32,000 nucleotides of DNA from Candidatus Saccharimonadota bacterium (GTDB taxonomy: Bacteria; Patescibacteriota; Gracilibacteria; BD1-5; UBA6164), in the NCBI GenBank assembly GCA_004563595.2, contig CP042461.1, forward strand, positions 450,001 through 482,000. Reading direction: 5' to 3'. The first letter of the stretch is position 1. Each line of letters starts with the position of its first letter. The notes beneath the pieces are model-generated. The model was given only the letters and a program-made list of their open reading frames with translations, was not told the origin of the DNA and ran no database searches. A program made the translations under genes and the position numbers. Of this stretch, positions 9,096 to 21,921 are shown in pieces.

Positions 9096-10127
9096 ATGAA
9101 TTTATTACAAGTTTTTTTCATTATTTCGGGACTTATTATATTCTTTCTTGCTCTTGATATTGCAAGAAAACAGAAATTTAATGCACTACATTTTATAGTG
9201 TTCATTTTAATCTGACTCGGCTTACTTGTTTTTACAGTTTTTCCAGGAAGTTTAAATGGGATTTGAAGATTTTTTGGGCTTCAAAGATGAGCAGATCTGC
9301 TCGTGTATTCAAGTATAGTTTTTTTGATTTATTTTACCTTGTTACTGTTAAGGAAGGTAGAAGGGAACAATGAAGACTTAACAAAACTTATTAGAGAAAT
9401 AGCAGTAAAGTGATGAACAAGGGAAAAAATTCATGGGAAAGAAATATTTTTAATTCGTTCATTCAATGAAGCAACAGTAATTTCATCCACTATTCAATCT
9501 ATTTTTGATGCTTGATATAAAAATATATTAGTAATAAATGATGGTTCAACTGATAATACAAATACAGTAATTAAAAGAGATTTTTGAGATAAAGTAATTC
9601 TTCTCGAGCACTACAAAAACAGGTGAGCAGGAGCTGCTTTAGAGACTTGATTTGAATATGTACGTAGGTATGGAAAGGTCGATTATGTTATTTGTTTTGA
9701 TGCAGATTGACAACATAATGTATGAGATGTTAAAACTTTTGAAAGTTATCTAAAAGAACATAAAAAAGTTGATATTTTATTGTGATCAAGATTTTTAAAG
9801 AAAAAACAAGTAGGGATGCCTTTTGCTAGGAAAGTAATTTTAAAGCTAGGTATTCTTTTTACGGCAGTCCTGAGTAGTATAAAATTAACTGATGCACATA
9901 ATGGCTTTAGAGTAATAAAAACAGATGTATTAGATGATATTCATATAACAATTGATGGTATGGGATATGCTTCTGAATTGATAGATATTATCACACAAAA
10001 AAAACTCGTATACAAAGAGGTTCCTGTGAATGTGAAATATACCAAATACTCTCTTAGTAAAGGACAAAAAAATAGCAATGCAATAAATATAGCATTTAAG
10101 TTTATGTGGAGTAAATTTTTTAAATAA
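9096..10127 (+). CDS. DUF2304-like membrane domain fused to a family 2 glycosyltransferase (polyprenyl-phosphate sugar synthase-like)
   Basis: 343 aa. The N-terminal ~105 aa have three hydrophobic helices (VFFIISGLIIFFLAL, FIVFILIGLGLLVFTVF, LLVYSSIVFLIYFTLLLL). The GT2 core follows: IFLIRSFNEATVISSTI...ILVINDGSTDNT...GAGAALETG...VICFDADGQH...DAHNGFRV. Confidence 0.8.
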
Positions 10128-10133
10128 ATATAG

Positions 10134-11309
10134 ATGAGTAAAAAAAATATAGTCCAGTTCTTACCATATTTTCCCCCTCATAAATGATGACTAGAAACTC
10201 ATGCAGAACAGTGGGCGAAATGGTGGGTGAAAAAATGATTTTGAGAGGTCTTTAATATGATTACAAATTTTGATCAAAACTATAATGATAAAGAAAAAAT
10301 TGTATTTGAGTGAACTATTATTGGATATAGAGAAAAATGAGTTGAAAATTTGGTAGTACCATCTCTTGAAATCATCTCAAATTTCCCAGTTTATAAAGTA
10401 TGGAGCAGAGAATATAAAATAATCCTTAGGTATTTAAAATCAAAAAAAATAGGAATAGTTATCACAAGGACCAGGTTTTTTCTTACCACATTTATATGAT
10501 GAGTATTTTCACGAAAAAATAAGATTAGATGGTGTCATATTGAGCATGGATCAGACTATGTGAAATTAAATTCTGCTTTTAAGAGTGCTGTTGCGAAGAT
10601 CTATGATAAAATAATTTGAAAATGGATTTTCAAAAAAACTGATATAATTGTATGAGTGAGTAATGCTTGCAAGGACTTTATACGCAGAGAATTTACTGAG
10701 AGAAAAGTTGAGGTACTGTATAGGGGGGTGGATTTTCCAAAGATAAAAAACTATACTTTTCTTACAGAAAAATATAGCGATAAAATTATTGTTTGATTTG
10801 TTTGAAGATTATATAAGTGGAAAAATATAGAAACACTAATAGAAGCTTACAGATGATTAGATAAAGTATTAAAAAATAAAATACAGCTTGTTATTGTTTG
10901 AGATGGAGAGGACTTGGATAGGTTAATACAGTTGGACATAAAGAAGGATATTTATTTTACATGATGAAAATCTTTTGAAGAAGCTTTGGAATTACAAAGT
11001 CAGTTTGATATTCACTTTCATACATCGAGCCCTGGTTGAGGTTTGGCAACAACTCTTCTGCAAGCTATGAAGCTGTGATGCTTTATCATCGCTACTCCAT
11101 ACGAATGAGCAAATGAAGTTATTGTAGATGAAAAGAATTGAATTTTATTAAAAGATGATAGCTTGAAAGAAATACAAAGTAGTTTAATAAAATCTATTGA
11201 TATGTTAGAGAAAAAGAAAGATTTTGCTTCTGTAAATCAAGGAGTTATAAAGAATAAATTTAGGTGGGAAGTAAATATAGAGAAATATTATAAACTTTTT
11301 GATTATTAA
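10134..11309 (+). CDS. Glycosyltransferase family 4 (GT-B)
   Basis: 391 aa. N-terminal FLPYFPPHKGGLETH. C-terminal HTSSPGGGLATTLLQAMKLGCFIIATPYEGANEVIVDEKNGILL (EX7E-type motif). The frame was checked triplet by triplet with no TAA/TAG. Confidence 0.8.
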
Positions 11310-13205
11310 ATGTGTTGAATAACTTGAATCATATATAAAAAAAACTCCAAAATTTCTATTTTGGAAAGAGATGAAGCTTTGAGTAATCAGGTTTCAGAGA
11401 TCGTACATAGAGGCCCAGATGATAGGGGGCATTTTATTGATGCGGATTTATGAGTATATTTATGACAGACTCGTTTATCTATTCAGGATATTTCACAGGC
11501 ATGACACCAGCCGATGATAAGTAGTGATCAAAATACAATCATTATATATAATGGGGAGGTTTTTAATTTTTTAGATCTCAGAAAAGAACTAGAGAAGGAT
11601 TTTAAATTTCAATCATGATCAGATACTGAGGTGATTTTGAACTGATATATTAAATATTGAGAAAAATTTTTTGAAAAATTAAATGGTATGTTTGCGATTG
11701 TTATTTATGACAAAATAAATAACAAGGTTGTTATATCAAGAGATACAGTTTGAATAAAACCCTTTTATTATATTAATAATAAAGATTTTTTTGCTTTTTC
11801 TTCTGAAATAAATTGATTAAAAATATATACAGATTGATATAATAAAAAAGGTATAACAAAAGTATTTACACAATGATATACGTACTGACTGGATACAATA
11901 TATGACTGAATATATAAATTAAAACAATGAAATTGTTTGAATATTCCAATACCATATGATTGAGCTTTTTCTGAGAATACTATACTTAGCCCTCAAAATC
12001 CTGTTTTAGAGAACGATAAACAGAAGTTGTTTCTTGAATTTGATAAAATATTAAAAGAGGCTGTAAATAAGGTTTCTATTTCAGATGTCCCTATTTCTCT
12101 TTTTTTATCTTGATGATTGGATTCTTCTTTGCTTGCGTATTACTTAAAAGAATCTTGAGTTGATTTTAAAGCATTTACTTTATGATTTAAGGAAGATCAA
12201 TTTGACGAATCAAAAATAGCAAAGAAAATATCAAATTTTTTATGAATTGATCATCAAACATTTTATATTAATAAAAAAGAAGTATTAGAAAACTTAGATC
12301 AAATATTGGCAATATATAATGAGCCTCACGTAGATTTTTCATCTATTCCGACATATCTTTTATCAAAAAAAGTGAGAAAGTCATGATATAAGGTTGCACT
12401 ATGATGAGATGGATGAGATGAATTATTCGGTTGATATCCAACACAATATTTACCAAATTTTCTTAAGTATTATTCATATGTCCCATTATTTCTTAGGAGA
12501 ATTTTTTCTAAAGGAGTTCATTTGTTTCCATCTAGCTTTGGAAAACTGTCATTTGATGAAAAGTTGAAAAGAGTATTGAATGGTTGAATGTATGAATATA
12601 AAAGAGCGCATTTTGAGTGGAAAAGAATTTTTAGGGATGATCAAATGAAAGATCTTTTTACTCAGGAATTTTATGATATGCATTTAACTGGGATGAAAAA
12701 TACCTATTTTAATGATTATTTTGATAATTCTACAAAAGATACAGATACTCAGATATCTCAGGTAATTGATGTAGACTTCCATACTTTTTTAGTAGATGAT
12801 TGTTTGGTGAAGTCAGATAGGTGTAGTATGAAAAATTGACTTGAAATAAGAGTGCCATTTTTACAGAATGAAATTATTGAGTTTGCAAAGAAAGTTCCAA
12901 TCTCATATAAAATCAAATGATTTAATACAAAAATATTTTTAAGAGAATTTGCTGATTTTATACTTCCAAAAGAAATCACGTGATTAAAAAAAATGTGATT
13001 TACCCCACCATTAAATCTATGGTTATTAGAAGATGATTTTAAAAAATATTTTAATAATTTGTTATCTGAAAAAAATATTATTAAAACCGGAATTTTTAAT
13101 TATAATTACGTGAATCAATTATTAGAAGACCACTTTAGTAAAAGAATTGATAGGACAAAGGAAATTTGGCTCATATCTAGTTTTGTAATTTTAAATTTAA
13201 ATTAA
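11310..13205 (+). CDS. asnB: Asparagine synthase (glutamine-hydrolysing)-type amidotransferase
   Basis: 631 aa. MCGITGI (catalytic Cys2; Gly3 and Gly6 are TGA), HRGPDD, YNGEVFNF, PP-loop LFLSGGLDSSLLA, LGGDGGDELFGGY, VKSDRCSM. The ATG directly follows the upstream TAA (taaatg). Confidence 0.88.
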
Positions 13206-13208
13206 ATC

Positions 13209-14387
13209 ATGGAAGTTTTAGTACTTACCCCAACATTTTATCCAAGGGTCTGATGAGCTGAAGAGTCTATGACTCAATTATACTCATGACTTGTTGAGAA
13301 ATGAGTGAATGTTCATGTTTTTACTCCAAAGGTTATAGCGAACTCTCAATTGTGAAGAGATAGCTTTATGGGAGTGAACATATTCAGATTTGTTTCTATA
13401 GAATATAATAAATATTCAAAATTTATATCATATAATATTTTTGGATTTATTTTTCTACTTTATTTTTTATTGAAAATGAAAAAAAGAGTAGATTTGATTC
13501 ATGTTCAATATCTATTTCCTATGGGGTTACTGTGAGTATTATTTTCAAAAATATTAAGAGTGCCCATAGTATTTTCTGAACATCATTATGGAACATGATC
13601 AGATATAAGTTCTTACACAGAAAATGGGAATTTAATAAATAAAATTTGTGCATTTATTTTCAAGAAATCAGATATCACGGTAAGTACATGATTTACTCAA
13701 AATGAGTTCTTAGAATATCTCAGCGATGGATCAGGTACTTCTAAGATTAAGGAAATTAAACTTTGAGCACCTGAAAAAAAAGAAAAAACGAATGTGGACA
13801 AACTTCTCTTAAGAAAAAAATATAATTTGAGTACAGAATTTGTTTTTGTATCTATATGAAGGTTAGTAAAAAGAAAAAAATTTGAGAAACTCATAGAGTT
13901 ATCTAAACATTTAAAGAAAAATTGCAATATTGATTTTACAATTTTAATTCTGTGAGAAGGAGGGGAAAGGTCATACTTAGAAGAACAAATAAAAGAAGAG
14001 TGACAACAAGGGAATATAGTATTACTTTGAAGTAAAATTTGAAAAGAAAAAGAAGAGTTATTATTTTTATCAGATTTATTTTTGTTTACTTCAGAATTTG
14101 AATGAAGTTGATTAGTATATACAGAAGCCAATGCTTTTTGATTGCCAGTAATCGCTTTTGAAAATGAAGCTGTAAATAGCATATATAAAAATAATCATTG
14201 ATGAATAGTTGTAAAAAGAGATATAAAACTTATGGGAGATGAGATTGAAAAAATCTTATCTGATAAAGGTTTATATGAAGATAAAATAAAGCAATGATAT
14301 ACCCTGCTTGAAGAATATAGTTGGAATAAATATTCTGAGAACTACTTTGATTTATTTCATCTAATCTTAAAAAAATATGAAAAATAA
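13209..14387 (+). CDS. Glycosyltransferase family 4
   Basis: 392 aa. MEVLVLTPTFYPRVGGAEESM; later FVSIGRLVKRKKFEKLIE and LFLFTSEFEGSGLVYTEANAFGLPVIAFENEAVNSIYKNNHGGIVV. Confidence 0.8.
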
Positions 14388-15381
14388 CATTACATATTTT
14401 GTCTCTGAATTTTTACTCTCCTTTAAATGATGAGCAGAGCATTCAATTTATAAAAAGATGATAGAGGATAGTGAAACAACCTATAAGTGTTTTACTTTTG
14501 ATAACACTTTAGATGAATGAGTTATTCATGAGAAGAATATCATTGTTTATAATTATCATTTTCCAATTTTTCTTGGTTTTAGTAGATTTTGGACATTACT
14601 TTTAAATTATTGAAAGATAATAGCTATAGTAAAAACTTATATACCAAATAATTCAGTTGTTTGGTCTCAATCTTTGATTGTTCCTTATATAAGTAATGTA
14701 CTGAGAAAAAAGGATTGTAAAAATACATATTTTTTACGAGATGAGCTTCAGTTAAATGAGTTTCATAATTATGAGGTATGAGCAAGAAAATATCTAAAGT
14801 ATATTAAAAATATTGTTGAGTTTTTCCCAATATTTCTCTATAAATATCTGAATAAAAAGGCCTTAGAACAATCACATAAAATCATTTCAAATTCTTTTTT
14901 CATACATGACTTATTGTTTAAAAAATATGCTTTAAACTCTAAGGTTGAATATCCTGAAATTGATTTGGATAAATTTAGAAAATGTAGACTTGAAAAGGCG
15001 AATCAAAAATATATAACATTTATATGAGTATGAAACGCTATGAAAGGGGATGATATTGCATTAGAAATAGCTGCTAAATTAAGAAAAAAAGAATTTTTAT
15101 TTATATGAAGTGATGCAGAATTTAAAAAATGAAATATTCATTATATTCCATGGCAAAAAGATATACTTGAAGTTTACAAACAAACAAATATCCTTATAGT
15201 TCCTTCTAGATGGAAAGAGGCTTATTGAAGGATAGTAATAGAAGCTCAGTCTTTATGAATAAAAGTGATCGTTAGTGATAGAGGATGATTAAGAGAGGCT
15301 TTAAACAACGAAAATAAAAATAATTATATTGCAGATATAAGAGATATAAAATTATGGGTAGATAAAATAATTAATAATTAA
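14377..15381 (+). CDS. Glycosyltransferase family 4-like
   Basis: 334 aa. FLLSFKGGAEHS near the N-terminus; ITFIGVGNAMKGDDIAL; ILIVPSRWKEAYGRIVIEAQSLGIKVIVSDRGGLREAL. The ATG overlaps the upstream gene by 11 nt. Confidence 0.7.
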
Positions 15382-15394
15382 TTTGAAATAATAG

Positions 15395-15976
15395 ATGAAC
15401 AGACTAGATGTCATTAAAGAACATATTAAATGAAAAGAAATATTAGACATTGGTTCTGCTTGATTTGAATCAGATAATTACTTTTTTAAATTTATCAGAG
15501 AAAATGCTTGAGATGTTGATGGCTTAGAACTAGATAATAAACTTGTGGAAAAATATAAGGAATATAATATAAAACAATGAAATGCTGAGACTTATATTTC
15601 AGAAAAAAAGTATGAGTTAATAATTGCTTGAGAATTAATTGAGCATCTATGAAATCCAGGGTGATTTTTTAAATGCTCACAAGAAAACTTGATCAAAAAT
15701 TGAACTCTTATTTTGACTACTCCGAATCCGTATTCCTTTCAAAATATATCAAGACATCTGTTTACATGAAAAGAAGCAAAGTGTAAGGAACATGTTACAT
15801 TATATAGTGAAATAACTATCAAAGAATTAGCTAATAGATATGGATTTAATTTATCTAAACTATATTTTGTACAGAGAGAAAAATTTTGATGAGTTAAATG
15901 ATGGGTAGAATATGTTACTTGAATATTATTTCCACATTTACGACCACGTATTATTTTTATATTTAATTTAAAATAA
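15395..15976 (+). CDS. Class I SAM-dependent methyltransferase
   Basis: 193 aa. Motif I KEILDIGSAGFE, acidic post-I DVDGLELD, and YELIIAGELIEHLGNPGGFF...NGTLILTTPN. Confidence 0.75.
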
Positions 15977-15985
15977 TTTATATAT

Positions 15986-16495
15986 ATGAAAATACATTAT
16001 TCTTTTTTACAAAAATTATCTGTTTTAATCTCTCAAAAAATAATGCCAATTATTGATGTTATTTTACCTTCTGATTTATTGATAACATATTGTTGGAAAT
16101 TTTTATGAGTTAAAATGTGAAAGAGATCTATTATTAAAAAATGAACAGTAATAAATGCTCCATTTATGGTTTCAATATGAAATAATTGTATAATCCATGG
16201 AAATTTAAAATCAAGATGATGAATATATATTTGAAATAGAGTTCAACTTATCGAAGGAGTTATGATTTCAACACAAAGTCATAATATTAATTCTTGAAAT
16301 TTTGAAGCAATTTATAAACCTGTTAATATTTGAGATAATTGTTGGCTGTCATTACGAACAACTATTTTACAATGAGTTACTTTAGCTAAATGAACAGTAG
16401 TAGCTGCATGAGCTGTAGTTACAAAAAGTAGTTCAGAAAATGATGTATTAGGTTGAATTCCAGCGAAAGTAATAAAAAAACGAATGTGTAAGTAA
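15986..16495 (+). CDS. Hexapeptide-repeat (LbH) O-acetyltransferase
   Basis: 169 aa. Repeats IGNNCIIHGNLKSRGGIYIGNRVQLIEGVMI...VNIGDNCWLSLRTTILQGVTLAKGTVVAAGAVVTK, resembling the WbbJ/maltose acetyltransferase type. Confidence 0.8.
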
Positions 16496-16506
16496 TAAAA
16501 AAATAT

Positions 16507-17658
16507 ATGAAAATATTGTATCTTCTCAATTCTGATATTTGAGGAAAATGAACTATTTGAAATAGGCTTATTCCAATTCTTAAAAATAAGTCTTTTTTGG
16601 CATGAAATGATATAAAAATTATTTCTAGACAAAATTATTTAAGTGATTTTGATAAATATAATGTTTCACCAATTCCTTTTAAATCTTTTATCCCTAAAAT
16701 ATTAACAGCAATCCCTATTTATATACATAAAAAATTTCCATCGAGGATTTTGCAAATTAAGATATTTGAATATTTTTCAATTAAATATTTGGATAAAAAT
16801 ACATTAGATTATGATTTAGTAATTTCATATGAATTTTCACCAAGACTTTATGCAGCAATAAAGAAAAAAAATCCTAAGATAAAAATAGTACAGGATGTCC
16901 CGATTGCATGAAATAATATGATTTCAGACCTGAATAAAAAAGAAAAAGTATTTGAAAACTTTGAAGAAAAAACTCCAGAATATTTTTTAGATTCAATTTG
17001 ATATGTAGATTACTTTATTGTCCCATCAGATTTTGTAAAAAAGTCTTTAATAAAATATGGAGTGAATAAAAATAAGATATCACAAATTCCATTTTGAGTT
17101 GATGTGGATAAATTTAAGCCCCTAGAAGAAAAAAACTATAATAATACTTTTGAGGTGGCTTTTTCATGAAATGTAAATAATAGGAAATGACTGAAATATA
17201 TGATAAAAGCTTGGAAAGAGTTAAACTTAACAAATGCTAAATTAAATATATATGGGAGAATTTATCCTGAGGTAAATAAGTATTTATGAGAGAAACAAAA
17301 ATATAATATTTTTACTCATTGATTTGTTGATTTAACAAAAGAACTTAATAAAAACTATATCTTCTTGTTCCCATCACTTCTCGAATGATCGGCAAAATCA
17401 ACTTATGAAGCATTAGCATCAGGTTTACCACTTATAACAACATACAATTCTTGAAGTGTAATAGATGATGGAAAAGAATGATTTATTATTCTGACTCAGG
17501 ATGTTAACACTATAAAAGAAAAATTATTATACTTTTATAATGATAGAGCTAAGTTAGAAGAGATGTGAAAAAATGCTAGAAAATTATCTTTGAGCTATAC
17601 GTGGGAAAATTATACAGAAAATTTAATTAGATTTTATAATAAAGTTTTAAATAAATAA
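16507..17658 (+). CDS. Glycosyltransferase family 4
   Basis: 383 aa. MKILYLLNSDIGGKGTIGNR; FEVAFSGNVNNRKGLKYMIKAW; IFLFPSLLEGSAKSTYEALASGLPLITTYNSGSVIDDGKEGFII. Confidence 0.8.
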
Positions 17659-17659
17659 T

Positions 17660-18757
17660 ATGATGCGTAAATTATTATATATACATAATTGAGATTTCCC
17701 TGCTGAGAGTGCAAATAGGGTGCAGGTAATAAATATGTGTGAATGATTTGTTGAAAATGATATAGATGTATCATTGCTTGCTTTTGAATCAGATATGTTT
17801 CAAACTGAAAATAACCTATTTGATAGTTTTTGAGTGAAAAATAAATTTCATTTAATTCTGATTAAAAAATTATGAAATTATTATATTAGGAGCATAAAAA
17901 TATTTTTTTACTTTACTTTTCAATTAAGAAAAGAATTTGATTCAATTTTTACGAGAGATTTATTTGTCGCATTTTTAATAAAGGTATTTTTTCAAAATAA
18001 AAAAGTAGTCTATGAATTACATGAAATTAATGAACGTGTATTATGGAAAAAATTATTTAAAATCACTTTTGATAGATTAGATAAGTTAGTAGTTATTAGT
18101 AATTGATTAAAAATAGAGTTAGTTAATTCCTGATATAATTGAAATAAAATAGAAGTTTTACATGATGGTGTAAACTTATGAAGATTTGTATGATTAAAAA
18201 AAGAAATTTGAAATGATAAAATAAATATAACTTATACTTGAAGTTTAATTCCATGGAAATGAGTAGAAACTTTATTAAAAGCATTCGAAACTATACATAT
18301 AGATAATGTGTATTTAAATATTTATTGATGAAATAAAAATGAAATTTGGGTATTAAAGAATAAATACAAGGATAATAATATTATCTTTCACTGAAGAGTA
18401 GATAATAAATATATACCACAAATTCTTATGAATTCTGATATATTAGTTTTACCTAATTCCTGAAAATACAAAATATCAACAGACTACACATCCCCGTTAA
18501 AATTATTTGAATATATGGCTGCGTGAAAAGTAATTATAGCGAGCAATTTACCATCAATTAATGATGTTTTGAGTGATGAAGAATGTATCTTTTTTAAAGC
18601 CGATAATTGTATTGATTTAAAAGATAGGATATTACTTGTTCTATGAAAAAAAGTAAATATAGAAAAGATGAAAAATAATTGTAATAGTAAAATTAAAAAC
18701 TATACTTGGAAAATTAGGTGATGAAAAATTTATTTAAATAAGCAATGAGAATGATAG
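17660..18757 (+). CDS. Glycosyltransferase family 4
   Basis: 365 aa. LLYIHNGDFPAESANRVQVINMCEGF; ITYTGSLIPWKGVETLLKAF; ILVLPNSGKYKISTDYTSPLKLFEYMAAGKVIIASNLPSINDVL. TAG stop at 18755-18757. Confidence 0.78.
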
Positions 18758-19827
18758 CATTTTTATTTTGAACACGACCTGAAATCATTAAGCTGTATCC
18801 ACTCATAAAGTATTGCTTGAATAATGATGTTAAATTCATATTAGTACATAGTAATCAGCATTATTCACATAACTTAGATACAGTTTTTTTTGAGGAATTG
18901 AAAATACCTAATCCTAGTTATAATTTAAATATTTGATCTTGATCTCATGCATTTCAAACTGCAAGAATTTTAGATTGATTAGATGAAGTTTTTAATCATG
19001 TAAAAATTGATTTTCTTTTTGTTCATGGTGATACAAATACTACTTTAGCTTGATGACTGTTTGCTTCAAAAAAATGAATAAAACTAGTACATATTGAAGC
19101 TTGATTAAGAAGTTATGATAGGTCTATGCCAGAAGAAATTAATAGAATAATAGTCGATAGTATTTCCGATTACCTATTTACCCCGACAAAAGAGGCAAAA
19201 AATATATTATTAAATGAATGAATTTCTTCCGGTAAAATTTTAGTATCATGAAATACTATAGTTGATGCTATAAAATTAGCTTTAGACAATATAATATCTA
19301 AAGAAAAATTAACTTCTATCTTTAATCTTAATGGCCCCTTTATTTTGTTAACAATTCATAGGCCATCCAATACTGTATCGGGAGATTTTTTTATTAAGAT
19401 TCTAAATTATATTAATGATTTTGCTTGTAAAAAACATTTTCAAGTAATTTTTCCTATTCACCCTAGAACAGAAAAACTATTATCTGAAAAAGAAAAAGAA
19501 ACTTTTCCTAATATTAGTTTTATTGAACCAGTATGATTTTTAGAAATGTTAGCCTTAGAAAAATATTCAGACTTAATTATCTCAGATAGTTGATGAATAC
19601 AAGAAGAAGCATATATATTGAAAAAAAAGATGTTGGTTTTAAGAAACAATACTGAAAGACCTGAAGTTATGGAATCATGAAATATCAATCTCTTACCACC
19701 TGAAAACTTAGTAAATATAGAAAAAATTTTTAATAAATTGAATTTTAATCAACAAAAATATAGTAATGTATTAGGTGATGGAAGTTCTGCTAAGAAAATT
19801 TTTAATTTTTTAAATAGTAGTATATAA
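18745..19827 (+). CDS. wecB: UDP-N-acetylglucosamine 2-epimerase (non-hydrolysing)
   Basis: 360 aa. FLFGTRPEIIKLYPL, FVHGDTNTTLAGGLFA, VHIEAGLRSYDRSMPEEINR, ILLTIHRPSN, PIHPRT, ISDSGGIQEEA. It overlaps the upstream gene by 13 nt. Confidence 0.92.
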
Positions 19828-19830
19828 ATT

Positions 19831-20982
19831 ATGAAAATATTGATGACCTCAGAAACTTATTTTCCAATAATTTGATGAGCTGAATGGCATATTTATTATT
19901 TAAAAAAGAAATTAGAGGAACAAGGAATAGAAGTGATTTTATATACAACTACACCTTGAACATCAAAATTAGATTCTTTAAATATTATTAGAAATGAATT
20001 TGATAAAATTTCTTCATTTTTTTCTAACTTTAAGCAAATATTTACCCTATCTAAAGACGTTGATATTATACATTCTCATTATAGCTATAAATTAGCTTTG
20101 GTGTCATGACTTGTTTCAATTTTAAGAAGAAAACCATTTATAATAACGCAACATTGATTTTGACTTTTAGATCCTCAATATTCAACATGATTACTATTTA
20201 AAATTATATTTAAAACTTGTCGTTATTTTAGTATGAAAATTTCTGATAGGGTTATTTCTACAAGTGATGACTTAAAAGGCTTCTGTTTAAAGTATGTGAA
20301 TAAAAATAAAATTATTGATATAACTAATTGATATGATGATACTATTTTTAGATTATCAAATAATATAAATAAATCTATAACAAATTGACTGCCAACTTTT
20401 ATTACGATTAGAAGGTTTGCGAAAAAAAATTGAATACATATCTTAATTGATATATTGTCAGAATATAAAAAAAAGTACTGAGATTTTAAATATTATATGA
20501 TTTGATATTGAGCACTTGAAAAAGAAATTTTTTTAAGAATTAAGGAGTATTGATTAGAAAATAATATTATACATATAATGAATTCCGATCATAAAGAGCT
20601 TGTTGGTTATTTAAATAAATCTGATATAGTTTTTTTTCCTTCAAGTGCTGAATCAACGAGTTTAAGCTGTATTGAAGCCATGTGAATGAAAAAAATAATA
20701 GTTGCAAGTCGAGTGTGATGACTTATTCAACTTATTTGAAAAAATGAAGAGAGAGGTTATTTTTTAGACTTATATGACTGGACCTCATCAAATTATAACT
20801 GTCCTATGAAAATATCAGATGAAAAAATAATTTTGGCTGCAGATAATATAAGTAATATAATTGAATCAAAAAATGGTAATATAGAGAAAACTAATAATGC
20901 TTATGATTTCGTGAAGGCTAATTATACTTGGGATATTATAGCAAAAAAGACTATTATTTTATATAATGATTTGATTAAGTAA
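19831..20982 (+). CDS. Glycosyltransferase family 4
   Basis: 383 aa. MKILMTSETYFPIIGGAEWHIYYL; FITIRRFAKKNGIHILID; VFFPSSAESTSLSCIEAMGMKKIIVASRVGGLIQLI. Confidence 0.8.
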
Positions 20983-21914
20983 TGCTTTTTACAAGAAAAA
21001 AATATAAAGATATTGTATCAATTACTAATGAAGTATTTCATGATTTTGAAAATGCTACATATGATGATATTCACCCAGAAATATTTAACAAAGAGGAAGA
21101 ATCTATTTTAAAGCTGATATCTTTCATTAATAAAGATAGTTTTAAAAAATTTGATATATTAGATATTTGAACTTGAACCTGATTCATTCCAATGTGCCTT
21201 GAAAAAAATAATCTTAAATTTAAATCTTTCACTTGTTTTGATTGATCTAAAAAAAAATTAGATATTGTTAATTCTAAACTCAAGGATATTTGAACAAGTA
21301 GTAAGTATTATTCAAAAAAATTTCCTGAAGATTTGGAAGAAGTAAATTCTCATAAATATGACTTAATAACTATCAATTCTGTATTACATCATATGGTTGA
21401 TTATAAGGAAGTATTAAATTGATTATCAAGTAATGTTAAAAAAGGATGATTTCTATTAATTAATCATGAACCTAATAATAATTTTAATTATTCTATATGA
21501 TACTTTTTATATAAAATTTTAAATTATTTTGACATCAAATGAATATTATTATCAAATTTACACTCAAAAATATATTATTATTTAATTGATAAAATATGAA
21601 AAGATTTATCATGCAGTCCCTATTACCTAACAGCCAAATATTTGTATGAACATAAGTTAACAGATATCATATTGACCCCTACTCAAGTTAGTCAAATAGT
21701 TGATTATAATTCTCCTACATCTGGTTTATATTTTAATCCACACTATACTCTAGATTTAGATTTTTTATGAGAGTTATGATTCAAACAAGTATTTAAGATA
21801 GAAACAGATTTTTTATCAAAATTATCTTCTAAATATCCTAATTTAGAAAAATTAGTAAAGAAATTTAACTGAACTTGATCAATACAATGAGTTTTATTAT
21901 ATAAAAATAACTAA
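20982..21914 (+). CDS. Class I SAM-dependent methyltransferase
   Basis: 310 aa. Motif I FDILDIGTGTGFIP (both Gly of GTGTG are TGA), YDLITINSVLHHM, KKGGFLLINHEPN. The ATG shares one base with the upstream TAA (taatg). Confidence 0.72.
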
Positions 21915-21921
21915 CAATACG

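Noticed and set aside
10171-10190. ccccctcat in the GT4 gene matching part of the 17-mer palindrome arm (ccccctcatgg)
   Set aside because: This is only a 9-nt match encoding the conserved GT4 N-terminal F-P-P-H-K-G-G box, with no inverted partner nearby. It is most likely coincidental.
13697-14182. 161-aa minus-strand ORF, the longest standard-code ORF in the window
   Set aside because: It is antisense to the GT4 gene 13209-14387. It is Ser/Phe/Leu-rich, as expected for the reverse frame of an AT-rich gene, and has no motifs.
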